From: Hormiphora californensis
Taxonomy: Eukaryota > Animalia > Ctenophora
Length of the DNA stretch: 64,000 nucleotides
Direction of reading: 5' to 3'
NCBI GenBank assembly: GCA_020137815.1
Contig: CM035360.1
Span: 7,130,001 to 7,194,000, forward strand
Of this stretch, positions 14,001-26,658 are shown in pieces; position 1 is the stretch's first letter; every line of letters starts with the position of its first letter. The notes beneath the pieces are model-generated. The model was given only the letters and a program-made list of their open reading frames with translations. It did not search any database and was not told the DNA's origin. A program made the translations under genes and the position numbers.

Positions 14001-15445
14001 GTGAATGCACGCCTATGAATCTTGTTGAGTAAGGGCATGAAGCGCTAGTAGTACTCTGTAGCCTTATCCGAGGTGATCAAAGTGCCGCCAAGTATGCGGG
14101 GTGTTTTTATCAAAAGATAAGTAATGTTATTATTATTAATTATTCCGGTCAACTTAATTAAAAGACATTTATTGTCCTACGCAGTGCCCCCTCCATGCTC
14201 TTTGAGTTCTAATTTGTTCCGATGTCTTATCTTTAGAAGGGACAGATTTGGGCTAACATATTTGAATACCTCAAGAGACAAGAAGAAACAATGAAGCTCC
14301 CTGGATTAACATCTTATTAAGATCTTAGATCCTAAACTGATTATATTTCGGGATAATGCTCTGACAGGTCCTAACCCTCTTCTGTGTTCTGTTCTAGTGT
14401 CGGAACTAGGTATGTGTTATTACGTGAGATAGGGACAAGCCAACTGCCAAGCAATCATATAAAGTTGTTACCTGAAACTCTGGAGTGTATTTGGAGACAG
14501 TTGGATGAACGCAGTACTGCTCTCTGGAACTGAGAACGGAGACAGTGACATTCAGTCTCGGGGGAATCTCTTTTAGTACCTGTTAGGAGTTTGGAGTTAG
14601 GAAAAACTTTGGTTTAGTTTTGTTGAGGAAATCTAAAAACTCAACAAGTTGTGTCTAGAAGGATCTATAATATAATGGTAGGAACAATTGGAGGGGAGTA
14701 AGGAAGTTTGTGAATGATTGCAGGCTGCATAGTTTGATCGTTCCATACACGACCGACAAACACGTGTAAATCATGTGGTACCTGAGCTAGTTGTGAGTGA
14801 GTCCTGCTGGCGAACAGTACTTGTGGCGGGTTCTCCTGGGTCTCCCTCCAGGCTAGCACAGAACATAACATGGACAGAGTCTTCCCTGTACCTGCAGGTA
14901 GGCGAGGGGGGTTGGTGGGGAAGTGTGCTCTTGTTACGATAATTATTGGGAGGGATTTGGAAGATCTTGTCTAGAACAGCGGGGCCGAGGATGGTTCCAA
15001 AAAGCAGCATACTATTTTGGTACCAATAGTAACGGATGTTACCTGTCGGTGACTCAAGAAGTGCATTGTTATTTCCATTCAGGGCCTCTATCACACTTTC
15101 CATGTACCTCACCTGCAGTAATAGTAGGGATTAGGACATCTGACCAGCAGTATTTACCGCTAGAAGTCAGGCCGGACTCTATGTCTACATGCTTTTGTCA
15201 GTTCAATGCTCTGACACAGTTTGTTTTTAAACCTAGAGTCCGCCTTGAAGTAAGAAGAAGAATCTGTTAGACTCCCCCAACAATTCATATCTCTCGACGA
15301 CAACTCACAGCGAGCAACAACTTACAAGGTACTTCACGAAAATAACACACTACCCCCCCCCCTGCTATTACACTGTCAGCATCATTACCTGACAGGGGTA
15401 GGGTTGGAAGGGAAACCATACCTCAACACCACGAATCAGAACCAT
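5096..15445 (-). CDS. XPD-family Fe-S DEAH helicase (RTEL1/FANCJ-like), multi-exon
   Basis: Spliced motifs: FPFQPYPCQ (Q motif, 15389-15445), LLESPTG|TGKT (Walker A), ASRTHSQLAQV, four Fe-S cysteines (SREQYC, QECARK..NC, CPYY), IFDEAHN, LVTSGT, VFFPSY, CRGKLSEGID, AVNQAIGRAIRH. Confidence 0.9.
5717..5968. repeat. Direct tandem duplication of a 126-bp unit
   Basis: ggctgctagtgtgcgtg...cccttgcc starts at 5717 and again at 5843. Confidence 0.9.
6011..7150. mobile_element. Foldback/MITE with 10-bp minisatellite arms and 8-bp TSD
   Basis: TIR gggggggtgacacgtaacac / gtgttacgtgtcacccccc; arrays (ttacaaagtg/ttacatagtg)n at about 6075-6365 and inverted at about 6820-7080; ataccaag duplicated at 6003-6010 and 7151-7158. 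Confidence 0.8.
7296..7833. mobile_element. MITE with about 35-bp TIRs, containing a SINE
   Basis: gtcgaattttttatttaagcgacaggccgccgcgc mirrored by gcgcggcggcctgtcgcttaaataaaaaattcgac; taaa on both flanks; a second small TIR element follows at 7838-7984. Confidence 0.7.
7391..7695 (-). mobile_element. tRNA-derived SINE (tRNA-Glu-like head)
   Basis: Minus strand GGCAGGATGGTGTAGTGG (A box)...CTCTCAC...GGTTCGATCC (B box), about 240 nt body, (TTTGC)n tail; no proper acceptor stem. Confidence 0.7.
9913..10491 (-). mobile_element. Non-autonomous Helentron-like (HINE/DINE-1-like) element, copy 1
   Basis: Subterminal IR tttccctgcc (9953) / ggcagggaaa (10482); 14-bp stem hairpin at 10453-10483; small hairpin gcattatg..cataatgc near the other end. 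Confidence 0.6.
10506..12995 (-). mobile_element. Helentron-like element, copy 2, interrupted by a LINE
   Basis: Same end structures: aaacaagaattattgcattatg..cataatgc..tttccctgcc at 10506 and ccgggtgaatgccttcggcattcacccgggcaggg at about 12957-12990. Confidence 0.6.
10841..12769 (-). mobile_element. 5'-truncated non-LTR retrotransposon (post-RT region and zinc knuckle; ORF 11798-12736)
   Basis: KLFDHLILPIASYCNQVW, RSASHGLNIERGR, CPYC..DEPHFLLKCPLY; about 200-bp tandem repeats in the 3' UTR; (TAAATCC)-like tail; gtgtcaa TSD at 10834-10840 and 12770-12776. Confidence 0.85.
13511..14407. repeat. Diverged tandem duplication of an about 455-bp unit
   Basis: caggtattataacatttcatggtgccctaa...gttctagtgtcggaac occurs at about 13511 and about 13968. 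Confidence 0.85.
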
Positions 15446-16687
15446 GTGTGGAGCTGTAGGGTTGTTGTTAAAGTACTTGTTGTTGTGGGTTACAGAGTGA
15501 GATGGAACCAAACTATAGGTTAGCAAGGATATTTTATGGAACATGGAAACTGGAAAGTATATGCCAAGGATTGTGTGTGAGGGATTGAGAGAAAATAGTG
15601 CACAAAGCTGCCAGAGGGTATAAAAAATGTATGTTCCTTATATTCAATGAACTATGAACCAAATATAAAACTGGAAAACAGAAAGCAAAGCGTGTATGAC
15701 ACTAGATTATTGATAGCATGTAGCTGCATCATGCGCTCTGATAGAACCACTGCCATGTATGTTGGCCTCACTCAACAAGCCATATGTGCTGTATACGTGG
15801 TGTTCATCACGTGAAAAACACACATTGGTTGATATTCTATAGAGCTATCTGATCAGAGCAGCAGATTATGAAATGACTTGTGAACCGTTGACTAATCTGA
15901 GCTTCCGTTTCATATCAGTTTATACAAGTGTCACGAAGCTGCATATCTCCTGCAACAAGATTACAATATAGCTTTCTGTTTCTCCACAATCTTTTCTGAT
16001 CATTTCCACCTTTCTGAACCAACTTTACAAATTTCAACCATTGTTGTGCGGCTTTAGAACATTTTCAAGGTTCCAAAGTTCGTAATAAAAATGAGGTACT
16101 CTTCTGAGCTGCGTGAGAGTGCCAACTGTGAAAGACGTGGTCAGCGCCACCAGACAGTTCAAGAATTATATACTCCACGCCCTGCGTCTTATCTTTAAAA
16201 TTATATGAACATTACCTAGCACAGAATGCAACCCGCAATTGCAGTGCTGCTACTTAGTACCAATAGGGCTCATAAGAGAGAGAGAGAGAGATAGATAGAG
16301 AGAGAGGGAGAGAGAGAGATAGAGAAAGAAAATGGGATTTCGCGCCTCCACCAAAGATTGCTGCAGATGCAGATCCTTCCAGTAAATGCACACCCCACAA
16401 GTGCAAAGATTCATAATTTGTGACCTGAATTTGTGACCTGAATTAATTTGGGGATGATTGAATCAGCATGATAAAATGATTTTCTGCATTTATCGTATGG
16501 AACATTCTTATGGAACAGATAACAACTTTTCTTCAACTGAAGTGACTCTGAGAGCCTGAAACCAATTAGGGTACGTAGTACAATAACCATTAAATAACAG
16601 TCGCATTTCTTTAACTTTTCAACACAGCCATAACAAGATATGAATATATTCATTATCTCAGCTTCTCCTCCTTCACCACCCTCTTCT

Positions 16688-16935
16688 GACACACAGTCAC
16701 ACACAAGTGTTCACACAGTTCAAACAATCACACACAGCCACGTACAAGTGTTCACACAGTTCACACAGTTCACACAGTCACACACAAGTGTTCACACAGT
16801 CACATACAGTCACATACAAGTGTTCACACAGTCACGTACAAGTGTTCACACAGTTCACACAGTTCACACACAGTTCACACAGTCACATAAAAGTGTTCAC
16901 ACAGTTCACACAGTTCACACACTCACACAACAAGT
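16688..16935. repeat. Degenerate cacacagt(t/c) minisatellite downstream of the transporter
   Basis: Repeated cacacagtt/cacacagtca/caagtgtt units. Confidence 0.85.
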
Positions 16936-17063
16936 GTTTTGATCTCACTCGGCCAGCTCACATTGTTCTCACTACCAACACGCTCACACATAGTCCAGAT
17001 CGGGCGAGCTCACTTCTCAATACTATCACTGCACTAAGCAGTCACAATGTCCCCGATCCACGA

Positions 17064-18599
17064 CTAGACGTTTTCCTCATTATCACACTTCTTGATCTTC
17101 ACAGGAACAGGGGTGTATCCAGACAGGACCTCAACATCCTTCGGCGTCTCGGGGATCCTCCGTCCTGTTGTATCGCTCAGCGCCCACACAGCACCACTAG
17201 CTACCACTGTTATCACTCCGAAGACTGCCAGGGGTATCCTTCTATCTGCAAACTTGTACAGGAGCGTCATGTAGGGTCCCAGGGAGGACCCAACTCGAGC
17301 CGCACTGGAGCACAGAGCCATGATCATGCCCCGGTGCGAGGTTGGAGCCAGTTCACCCGTGTAGAGGTAAATGGTGCCATAGCAGCAGCAGAGTGCCACA
17401 TTACCAACAAGACACGCCACTCTGTTGAGATCCCATCCAGGGGTGAACTCATAATCGATCATAGCAACTCCATCCGATACAACTGCACATACCATGAACA
17501 GTAACAGGGCCTTCTTCCTTCCCAGGATCATGTTTACGGGGGTGAAGATGAAGACTGCGATTACCATAGCATTAGCCGCCATTAGATACCCCAGATACAG
17601 ATCGGGGGTGATCTTGGTCCAGGAAAAGGAGAACCCGTAGAAGAGAGTGGCGACCAGGAACCACATCACAATACACAGGGCAGTTTCCTTTCTCATCTTG
17701 GCGTATTTAGAGAAATCTTTTACCTGCTCAGTAAAGGACTGGACTCGTTTCTCGTATGTCAGTTGGATTGTAGACATGTCCAATGGGCTCTTGATGAACC
17801 TGGCGAACCATTCCAGTACCTCCACTGCTCTGGTCTCCTGGCCCCTGACCAACAGGAATCTGGGGGACTCGGGGAATACCACCAGGACGGCTCCAGTAAC
17901 AAAGTTAACCACCGCGGCCATTAGGAAGATATACCTCCAGTTAAAGATCATGTAACTGGCTCCTACCAGACCCATATATCCAACAGCCCACTGGAGCAGG
18001 ATGGCGCCACTACAGGGGTTCCTCAGGTGACCAGGTGCGAACTCCAACAACCAACAGTAGACCCCCGTCCAGCAGATTAGTTGCCCGAAGCCCTGGATGA
18101 ACCTCAATCCTATCAGCATCTCGTAATTAACTGCGAACATGCCCGATATGGTGGCCACGAAGCTAATCAGGGAGCCCAGGAGGGAGCCGTTCTTCCTCCC
18201 GAACTTGTCATACAGAGCGGTGGAGGTTAGGAGACCAAAGGTAGCACCGACGAAGAACAAGCTGGAGATAATGGTGACCAAGTAGTCCCTGCCACAGTAA
18301 AGATCCCATTCCATCGCGAAACTGGTCCTGTTTGACGTCCAGATAAAGTCCACGCCGTGCTTCAGATCAGCTCCACAGAGAGCGTGTTCGGTGATATTGA
18401 GTCCTCCACATTTCTCCTCATTCACACACTCCCACTCTGTGTAGGGGACAACCCCGGTGAAGATGATGAGGTAGGTCTGGATGGCGCTGTTCCAGCAGTT
18501 AGTGGTGGCCAGGAAGAAGATAAGGAGGAGTCTGGGAGTTACACCTGCGATTAGGTGGTCCACTATCTCATCAATTGACATTACTTTCGACATTGTCAC
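17064..18599 (-). CDS. SLC22-like MFS organic ion transporter, single exon
   Basis: 511-aa ORF; TSFAMEWDLYC, DKFGRK, RFIQG, PESPRFL, ELAPTSHR, about 12 hydrophobic segments. Confidence 0.92.
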   Translation of the reverse strand: MTMSKVMSIDEIVDHLIAGVTPRLLLIFFLATTNCWNSAIQTYLIIFTGVVPYTEWECVNEEKCGGLNITEHALCGADLKHGVDFIWTSNRTSFAMEWDLYCGRDYLVTIISSLFFVGATFGLLTSTALYDKFGRKNGSLLGSLISFVATISGMFAVNYEMLIGLRFIQGFGQLICWTGVYCWLLEFAPGHLRNPCSGAILLQWAVGYMGLVGASYMIFNWRYIFLMAAVVNFVTGAVLVVFPESPRFLLVRGQETRAVEVLEWFARFIKSPLDMSTIQLTYEKRVQSFTEQVKDFSKYAKMRKETALCIVMWFLVATLFYGFSFSWTKITPDLYLGYLMAANAMVIAVFIFTPVNMILGRKKALLLFMVCAVVSDGVAMIDYEFTPGWDLNRVACLVGNVALCCCYGTIYLYTGELAPTSHRGMIMALCSSAARVGSSLGPYMTLLYKFADRRIPLAVFGVITVVASGAVWALSDTTGRRIPETPKDVEVLSGYTPVPVKIKKCDNEENV

Positions 18600-19850
18600 G
18601 GAGATGTATGGAGTAACTAATGGGAGGAGAGGTGTGTTAGGTTGGGAAGGCAGGGACTGGAGAGGTGATACTATATAAACGTAGAAAATAATTATACATT
18701 AGGTGGAAAGCTACGACCAAATCAATATAAAAGTGAATAAATAGTAAGTCTGTGAAATGTAAAGCTATAACTATTATAGGGAGTGCTAAGGAACTATGTA
18801 TAATAATGGAAGGGAGAGGGGAGTGCTGGGAAGGAGCTCCTAGGGGGCGTAGTAAAGACGACAAAGCCGCCAGTTTGCCATTATACAGTGATCATGGCGA
18901 CTACAAGACTGACGAAGGAGTGACAGGTCACTCAAAGAAATATATTGTGCTGATAGGTTCCTTTCAAGCTGCTGTGTATAAAGATCACAGTCATTACTAG
19001 AGGGATGTTGCAGAGGAATCGATATCGTGATCTAGATAATTCGTCAATGCCCCTGTCACTATGATGAAATATTACGAACGAAGAAGTCACATGGCACGTC
19101 TTATAGATGCTTGGGAGGAATCGAGAGAAAGTAATAGTGGCTTTGGCTAGGGAGAATATAGGGAAGAAAAGGACATTGAACACATGCCCAGGAGCGGTGC
19201 AATAGGTTTCTAGTTCAGCAACTGTAGTGAGATACTCAAAAGATTTAATAAAACCTAGTTGGGGAACGTGTTTTTATTTGTTTTGTGCAGCGCATCCCAC
19301 GCGTTAGTTGTTTAATTATTCAATATTCATTATCTACCATAGGAAGAGAGAGAGAGATAGAGAGATTTCACGATTTCCACCAAGAGAAGGGGAGAGTGCC
19401 TCAAGGTACTAGACAAGGAGACACGGGGGCAGCCAAGATGGGCTATGATTATTATTAGCCTCAGAACACACTATAACGTTCCTATCTGGTCGAGACTAGA
19501 AATTAAATTCGAGTGATTATGGTAATAATGAACATATTGAATTAATAATTTAACCTAATATAAAAAAGAGAGGTCCTATATTCTACCAAAAGGGCAAACC
19601 TCCCGGAAATTAAAGAATACTGCAGAATTAAACTGCTGCAGCGTGCCACATTCAATCATACTTCGAAGTGCAAATCCTAAATTTATCAAGCGCCCTAAAA
19701 TTTGAGCATTTTAAAGATAGGACATGGAGATGGAGATAGGTTGCAGCTAGGACAGATTGTTGGGAGGGAGAGCTGATTCAGAGTGCAAAAATAGCGAAAC
19801 AGAGGGTGTCAATCTCTCTTGCTCGGTGTGTGAGCTGGAGCAAAAATAGC

Positions 19851-19989
<139 letters not shown>

Positions 19990-20226
19990 GAGGGAGCTAG
20001 GAGAGAGAGAGAGAGTGGGGGAGGGAGAGAGAGAGTGTGTATAGAACAGGCACGACTGAGTCTCGCCTCGATATAGAGAGAGAGCTTGGCTGGTGCATAG
20101 AACAATACCTTTGAGAACCTATTATACAGGATGAATTTATAAATTAAAGAATGGATCGGAATGGATATTATAGATAAAGACAAGTGGAGACAGGAGAGAA
20201 TATCGAATATATAATAGATGGAACTA

Positions 20227-20787
20227 TCATACTATTATTAAAGCAAATAGGGAAATGATGGGTGATGGTTTTTTTACCAAATATGGCATTTTGCACGTGC
20301 AGGTTTAGAGGTGGAGTTTAGAGGTGGGAGCCGTTACCAAGGATTGTTGCTAATGTACTGCAGTTGCACGTGCATCTGATCTTGCTTTGCTTTGCGTCAC
20401 TGTTCCGGCTACTATGCTCTCTTCAACAACAGTTAATATACGACAGCGACAATTAGAACGAACAAGACGTTGGAGGTTAAACCGAACCGATGATCAGTCT
20501 CAGAGATCAAGCCTCAAGGCAGATGGATGCTGCACACAAACGTAACACGAGGAGTCTGCAAAATAGTAAGTTCTTTTTCCACTTTGATCATCATCATCAT
20601 GAAGTTCTAAAACTCGCAGCGATCCCGCCTGAGCTCCTTTTACGGTACCGTAACGTAAGATAGGATGGTGTCAACAGTTCGAGATTGGTGACATTCGCGA
20701 GACTGTAATTGTCCAAAAGATGTCAGTTTTTCCTAATTCAGCTACCATTTCCCTGAAATTCGCCCGTAGGGCGAACGGGTTTACTAG
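20227..20787 (+). mobile_element. Non-autonomous Helitron, copy 1
   Basis: 5' TC start (tcatactattattaaagc), 3' hairpin ttcgccc-gta-gggcgaa then CTAG, inserted between A and T; second copy at 41351-41981. Confidence 0.8.
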
Positions 20788-20952
20788 TATTGAGAAAGAG
20801 AATCATTGAGGTGGATTCACAGGACATATCACAGAGAGAATATTGCGCTCCAAATGTGTGATTGAGTGAAAGAAAGGAAGCCAGAGAGATCCCCGAGCTG
20901 ACTACTGCATATCTCCGGATTCTCATGTTCATTTTATACCTTCCTGTATGTG

Positions 20953-21007
<55 letters not shown>

Positions 21008-21114
21008 AGAGAGAGATAGAGAAGAGAGAGTGAAGCTAGAAGAAGCGAGAGATAGCAGCGAGAGAGTGAGAGGATAGAGATCGAGAGAGAGATAGAGAGA
21101 TCGATATATATAAG

Positions 21115-21156
<42 letters not shown>

Positions 21157-21271
21157 CTTGGTGATCTTTTTAACTGTGATTACGGTGAGTAGCTGCTGAT
21201 CTAACAGCGCCACCATTCCTGTCTGTCCACCTCTTATATAACCTGTCTGTCCACCACTGTCAGAGACGCTG

Positions 21272-21352
<81 letters not shown>

Positions 21353-22859
21353 TCAAACTTTCATCAACTACAACGTAAAACTATTTATTGAGGATGCTTA
21401 TTGTATTGGGGAAATGAGCCATTCGAATTAAATTCAACTGTGGTGGCAATGCCACAGCCCCAAAAGTCACCGTGTTTTCTTTTATAATATGAGATAATCA
21501 ACCAAAATAACAGTTGTTAGTGATAAGAGTTATTGCTGATAACGAATAGAGTATTTCCGATTGAATAACAATATAAGGTTAAATACAACAATTCAGTCAG
21601 ATCTACAATTCAGTCACATTATAATTCAGCCCTCTAATATTCTGGTGATTAGGCCGACACGTAATGATTAGCTGGCTTCACTCTCCGTTATCCTGAGTAC
21701 AATCTATTATTGTAATAGTGATGAGTGGACATTTGAATTATTTGTTCGGGACTTCGTGACTACGGCCATTACGGCAACTTGCAGTTGAGTTAGCTCATTG
21801 TCTTACTCAAAATTACATTTCCTCTAATCTAAAATGTCTTGCTTCTACCACAGATTCAAAGGTAAAGTCATAAAACTAGGAAAAATTTGAGACAGAAGAG
21901 ACCATACCTTAGTAAAACTGCAATCTGGTTATAGGTAGGTTTTCCATGACGCTCTGTCTCTGCAGATAGGTTAAAAATATTAGAATCTTCTTAGAAGGCT
22001 ACTCACCTGCAAAGTAAAACCTTCTTTTTCATTCTGATTCATTCCGTGATACGCACTGCTTCTGCAGTATAGGTGCGTTCCATTTATCTGCACGGTCTAG
22101 TGATCCTGCAACAGTACCCACTACCCAGTACCCACTCACCCATATACTACCCACTCACAGAAGCTGCACCTGTGGATTAGAGGGAGCACCGGCACAGTAA
22201 ACCATGATTAGTCGAAGTTGGTGTGTGATCCAAAAGTGCTGAGAAGTTGTCTTATTCTGCCAAGACAACTTCTGTAGTAGCCCCTTCAAAAACAGTTCCT
22301 TGGGACGATATAATTGAGCACAAATCAAAACCTCGATTAATAAAAACAGTGCATTCATGTTGCACAAAAAGTTACTTTTTAGTTACAAATTTAAATAAAG
22401 ATATTAAATAACACACAAACTCTGATACACCTCTGTTCAATACAAAACACACGATTAGTTTTTATAGCACAAATAATATATAACTTGCTTAGTTAATAAA
22501 ACATGTAATATACGTCTAGTTTATACATACAATATGACTCTACATTTGTAACTACATAAATAATGTAGTAAGTGCTAATCTGATTTAGAACATTTATAAG
22601 CCCATTACTCTTGGATCATCTATCTGTTGCTCATTTCTCAATATGCAGTACTCTATAGTATGTAGAGATCAAGTCCCCTCTCTATAATAGCTCTCCCCTG
22701 ACCCCAACTAATAATACATCTCTCCCCCCTGACTCTAATAATAATACCTCTCCGGGGCACAGTCCACAACCTCTCTCCACAACCCCCCCCCTCTCCCCCT
22801 GGCTCTAATAGTAATACCTCTCCGGTGTACAGTCCACAACCCTCACATCCTCACACTCC

Positions 22860-23730
22860 TCATCACTACTGTAACACAACTGGGAGAAGTCCTTGTTAGA
22901 GGCGGAGGAGTGGACAGCCCAGTAACTCCTCAACTCCTCTCTCCAGTGGGGGTTGTAGGTCATCGCGAGGAGGAGTGTCAGAAGGGCCAGACAGACGAGG
23001 GTGATTGTAATACTGTATACTGCGGAGGAGGGTTACTTTTACTACTAGTTATCAACAATGTAATAACTATTAATATTAGTGGTTAGCGGGGAGGAGGGGG
23101 TTATTGTTTGAGTTTACTTGGGCAAACTCATTGTATTTGGGGCATCCTTTAATTCTTTATTCCTCTCCTGTATCGAAATTACCTTGCATTACAAAATGGT
23201 AGGGACTCTGTTCACACGCAGAAACGTAGGGTTGACATTCTGTTGGGATTTTAGAAAAATCTTCTTCGCATCTCCGACCTAGGAGGAAAATTTAATTAGT
23301 TCCTGCAGCATCGAAATGCACCAATTGCATTTTATCTAATCAGGAGGTTGTTTATCTCATCCTAAAATCAATTTGAAATTGACCGGTCTAAGGAGGGACG
23401 GCATGAATCGTACCTGTGAAAGATAAGGGACAGGCACACTGCTTCGTCCCACCTGCAATAACGCACTGTCCGCCATTTAAACAGGGATTACCGTCACACA
23501 ATCTTAGAACGGCTGCTGGAAAGTATTAGTTATCTTACAACGCCAGTAAGGCTTCCTAAATATGTGATGCTGCATTTAGAATTCACGTGTAATCACGTTG
23601 ATGCTTTGGAATTTGGATGCAGAGTGCAGCAGTTCCCATTTTACTTACTGTAGGGGTTGGACCTGTTGTTGCCCATAGCTTGAACAGTGATTTCAAGTAG
23701 TGGTAGCAGCATCAGCAGCTGAACAGTCAT
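22860..23730 (-). CDS. Small membrane protein: signal peptide, one EGF-like domain, TM helix (3' end undefined)
   Basis: Spliced MTVQLLMLLPLLEITVQA..., CDGNPCLNGGQCVIAGGTKQCACPLSFTG|RRCEE, then VYSITITLVCLALLTLLLAM; phase-1 GT-AG introns; further possible exons at 21900-22280. Confidence 0.7.
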
Positions 23731-24699
23731 GGTAGTTCTAGTGAAAGGAACGGAAGTTGGAAGTTAAAAAGTAATACAAAAGGGTCGTTACAGCAGGGAC
23801 GGCAGCCCCGGTCAGGGGGCGTGGGGGTCTATGAGCGCAGCCCCGATGGGGGCGTAGGGCGCAGAGCCCCCGCAGGCAGGGTCCAGGGGCTGCAAGCCCC
23901 GGTGGGGGTTGAGGGGGCGAAGCCCCCCGAAAATTTTGGACATTTTGAGGCGTTTTTAAACGATTTTAAGCATTTCTGAATTCTGAACTCCTTTGCTTTT
24001 GTTGGCATACGTTGCAGGCCCCTTATAATATAATATAAGGGGCCTGGAGGGAATACCGCGCTAGGGGGGAATACATAATCAATCATATCTCCGGTTCCAG
24101 ATAAGGTACAGAAATCGTTTTGGTAGCGTTGGAAAGAAGAAGATAACAGCTTTCAAATGCAACCGGTTTCAGGTCTCTATCTTATCAGGAACAAGAGATA
24201 TGAACCAAACTCCGCAAAATCGAGTGCGGTAAAATAAAAAAATTCGAGATTTTAATTCAAATTTGAAACAAAGTGTCCCTGCAGGGATCTGTGACGTCAC
24301 TTTTTGAAAACAACCAATCTTTGAACGGCTATTGCTCAGCCTCCTCAAGTCCAATTAACTTGTCTCAAAAACAGCAAGGTAGATAATTGTCAGATCTAAC
24401 AGCTAGTGAAAGAATCAAGCAAAACGGACTTCAGGTGCCAAAGTTATAAGCACCGCCGTTTTTTCGCTCGCAAAGTTATTTTCGACCCAGCCGGGCTCAG
24501 CTGAGCTCAGGCCAAACGCGCGCGCGGCATTCCCTTCAGTCCCCTAAACTCCATTTTTTTTCAACTGTTCACCCCCCAAAGTCGTGCGCGGAATTGTTTT
24601 GCGCGTCTATCACATGTTAACGTGTAGCGCGCGCAGCGTAAATTAAAATATCGCACGCGCACGAGTTGGAGGGTGAACAGTTGAATAAAAATGGACTTT

Positions 24700-24905
24700 A
24701 CGGTGGCTGATTCACGCCAACTTTTTTCTCGATGAAAAAATATTGAAAGAAAAAATAGGAAGAAAAATTTCAACGAAAAAAAATACACAAACTTTTTTGG
24801 CGTGAATCAGCCACCAGCCATGGCTGATCTCCGCCAACGTTTTACAAAAAAACATTGGCGTGAATCAGCCACTCCATGGCTGATCCACGCCAAGTGCGCG
24901 CGCTC
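24700..24905. repeat. MITE end with repeated ggcgtgaatcagcca motifs
   Basis: Reverse-complement match to about 38125-38330; terminus TA|CGGTGG. Confidence 0.7.
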
Positions 24906-24965
24906 TCAATAATAATGTTTGCGCTGCAGGTGCGCGCGTTTTGCTGCAAAACTCAGTTTTCTTTC

Positions 24966-25187
24966 TAGTGGAAGCTCTTACGGTATTTCCCACGCCCCGT
25001 GGGAAAGTTTTTGACCGTGGGAAAATTTTCGAACCGTGGGAAAAGAGAGATACATACAATAAGGTTTAAAAAATAATTATTTTTTCAACGTTATTGTATG
25101 TATCTCTCTTTTCCCACGGTTTGAAAACTTTCCCACGGTCAAAAACTTTCCCACGGGGCGTGGGAAATACCGTAAGAGCTTCCACTA
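24966..25187. mobile_element. Palindromic MITE
   Basis: tagtggaagctcttacggtatttcccacg... mirrored over about 100 bp; related copy at 39508-39651. Confidence 0.8.
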
Positions 25188-25499
25188 TTCGGCCAGCGTT
25201 AAAATCTGGGTGTTTCGTGAGTGCTGACAAACGGTTTTTTAGGGTTAGGGCAAAAGTAGGGTTAGGGTTAGGGCTGGGGTTTGGGTTCAGGTTAGGCCTT
25301 GACATTTCTTACCAGATAAACTTTGAATTAGCCAAAACGGTTGAGTGGTTCGGCGGTTAGAGCCGTTTTAGTGAATCAACTTTTTTGGCAGCGCGCACCT
25401 GTAAACAGGCCACCAAACACCCAGATCGTAACGGCGCCCTTTTCTTTCTTGATCTTTATATTTTTTTCTTTCGAGTTTGGACGCGAAACCGGTTCGAGT

Positions 25500-26207
25500 T
25501 CTAATGGGCGAGAACACTTTCTCTGAACATGGAAACGGGAGCCTCGTCCTGGCTATCTGCCCGGCCCCTGGAAGTATTCAACAGAGAGCTGTCCAAATCA
25601 GAGTTCACGGACGCTTTGTGCCTCAGGTATGGTTTTGAGATCAACGGCCAGTTCTCTGAATGTGTATGTGGAAAACAGAACGGAGCAGACCATACCTTGA
25701 GTTGTAGCACTGGAGGGTATACCATTCTGCGACACAACGAGATAAGAAATACCCTTGCAGATATTATTACCCATGCAGGATACAAGGGTGTTGAAATCGA
25801 GAAAGTGTTACAGCCGGTTAAATGCTCGCAGTGACGTATATGCTATTAGCTTATGGAGAAGATTACAGGGAGCCCACATAGACGTGGCAGTATTCCACCC
25901 AACAGCTCCGAGCTACAGAGATAAAGAACCCAGAGCTCTGTACAGACTCCACGAAAGCAGAAAGAAACGCGATTACCAACAGCGTATCAGAGACACAGAG
26001 AGAGGAGCATTCACCCCGTTTGTTATGTCCACCTCAGGAGGTGCCGGACCAGAAGCTGAGAGACTCATTAAAAAGCTGGCTACTCGCACCTCTGGTAAAC
26101 ACCATGACAAGTATCCAGAGACAATAAACTTCATCAGGACCAGGATCAGGTTCTGCCTGCTGAGAAGTACCCTGGTTTCTCTGAGGGGTACCAAAAAAAA
26201 CTCATAG
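25500..26207 (+). mobile_element. 5'-truncated CRE-like non-LTR retrotransposon fragment (zinc knuckle plus restriction-like endonuclease), frameshifted
   Basis: ASSWL..ALCLRYG..CVCG..DHTLSC..GG..RHNEIRN in one frame; RSD..IDV..E..KK..Y..FTPFVMSTSGG in the next. Confidence 0.8.
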
Positions 26208-26503
26208 CACTCCTCCCACTCCATGTGCGATTTTGTTGACTGAAACTTTTAATTTTATGAATTGATATTTCTTGGTTTATTTCGGGTGATGGCGTGAATG
26301 CATTCGAGATTATTGAATAGCAATCCGACAATACCGGGTGTTCCGTGATGGTCGAGGGAGTACTCTGACCTTCGGTGGTGATGTCCCTAATGGCAGAGAA
26401 GAGCAGCAGCCAGGTGCCACAACTTGTGCAGAAGAGTTACCTCTGGTGACGCTACATCCCATGAACCCGTATCCATGCCACTCACCCAATGGCGACCCAC
26501 TCC

Positions 26504-26578
<75 letters not shown>

Positions 26579-26658
26579 GTTAGTGTCTCTTACTGGTCAG
26601 GATATTTAAAACCCTTGGTTCAGTACCGCTCTTATAATCTGCCCCTCTTATCTTCCCC

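Noticed and set aside
16640-17504. Plus-strand ORFs of 100 and 265 aa
   Set aside because: Derived from a minisatellite and the antisense strand of the transporter gene
25240-25295. Telomere-like TTAGGG repeats
   Set aside because: Only a few degenerate units inside a repeat-rich tract
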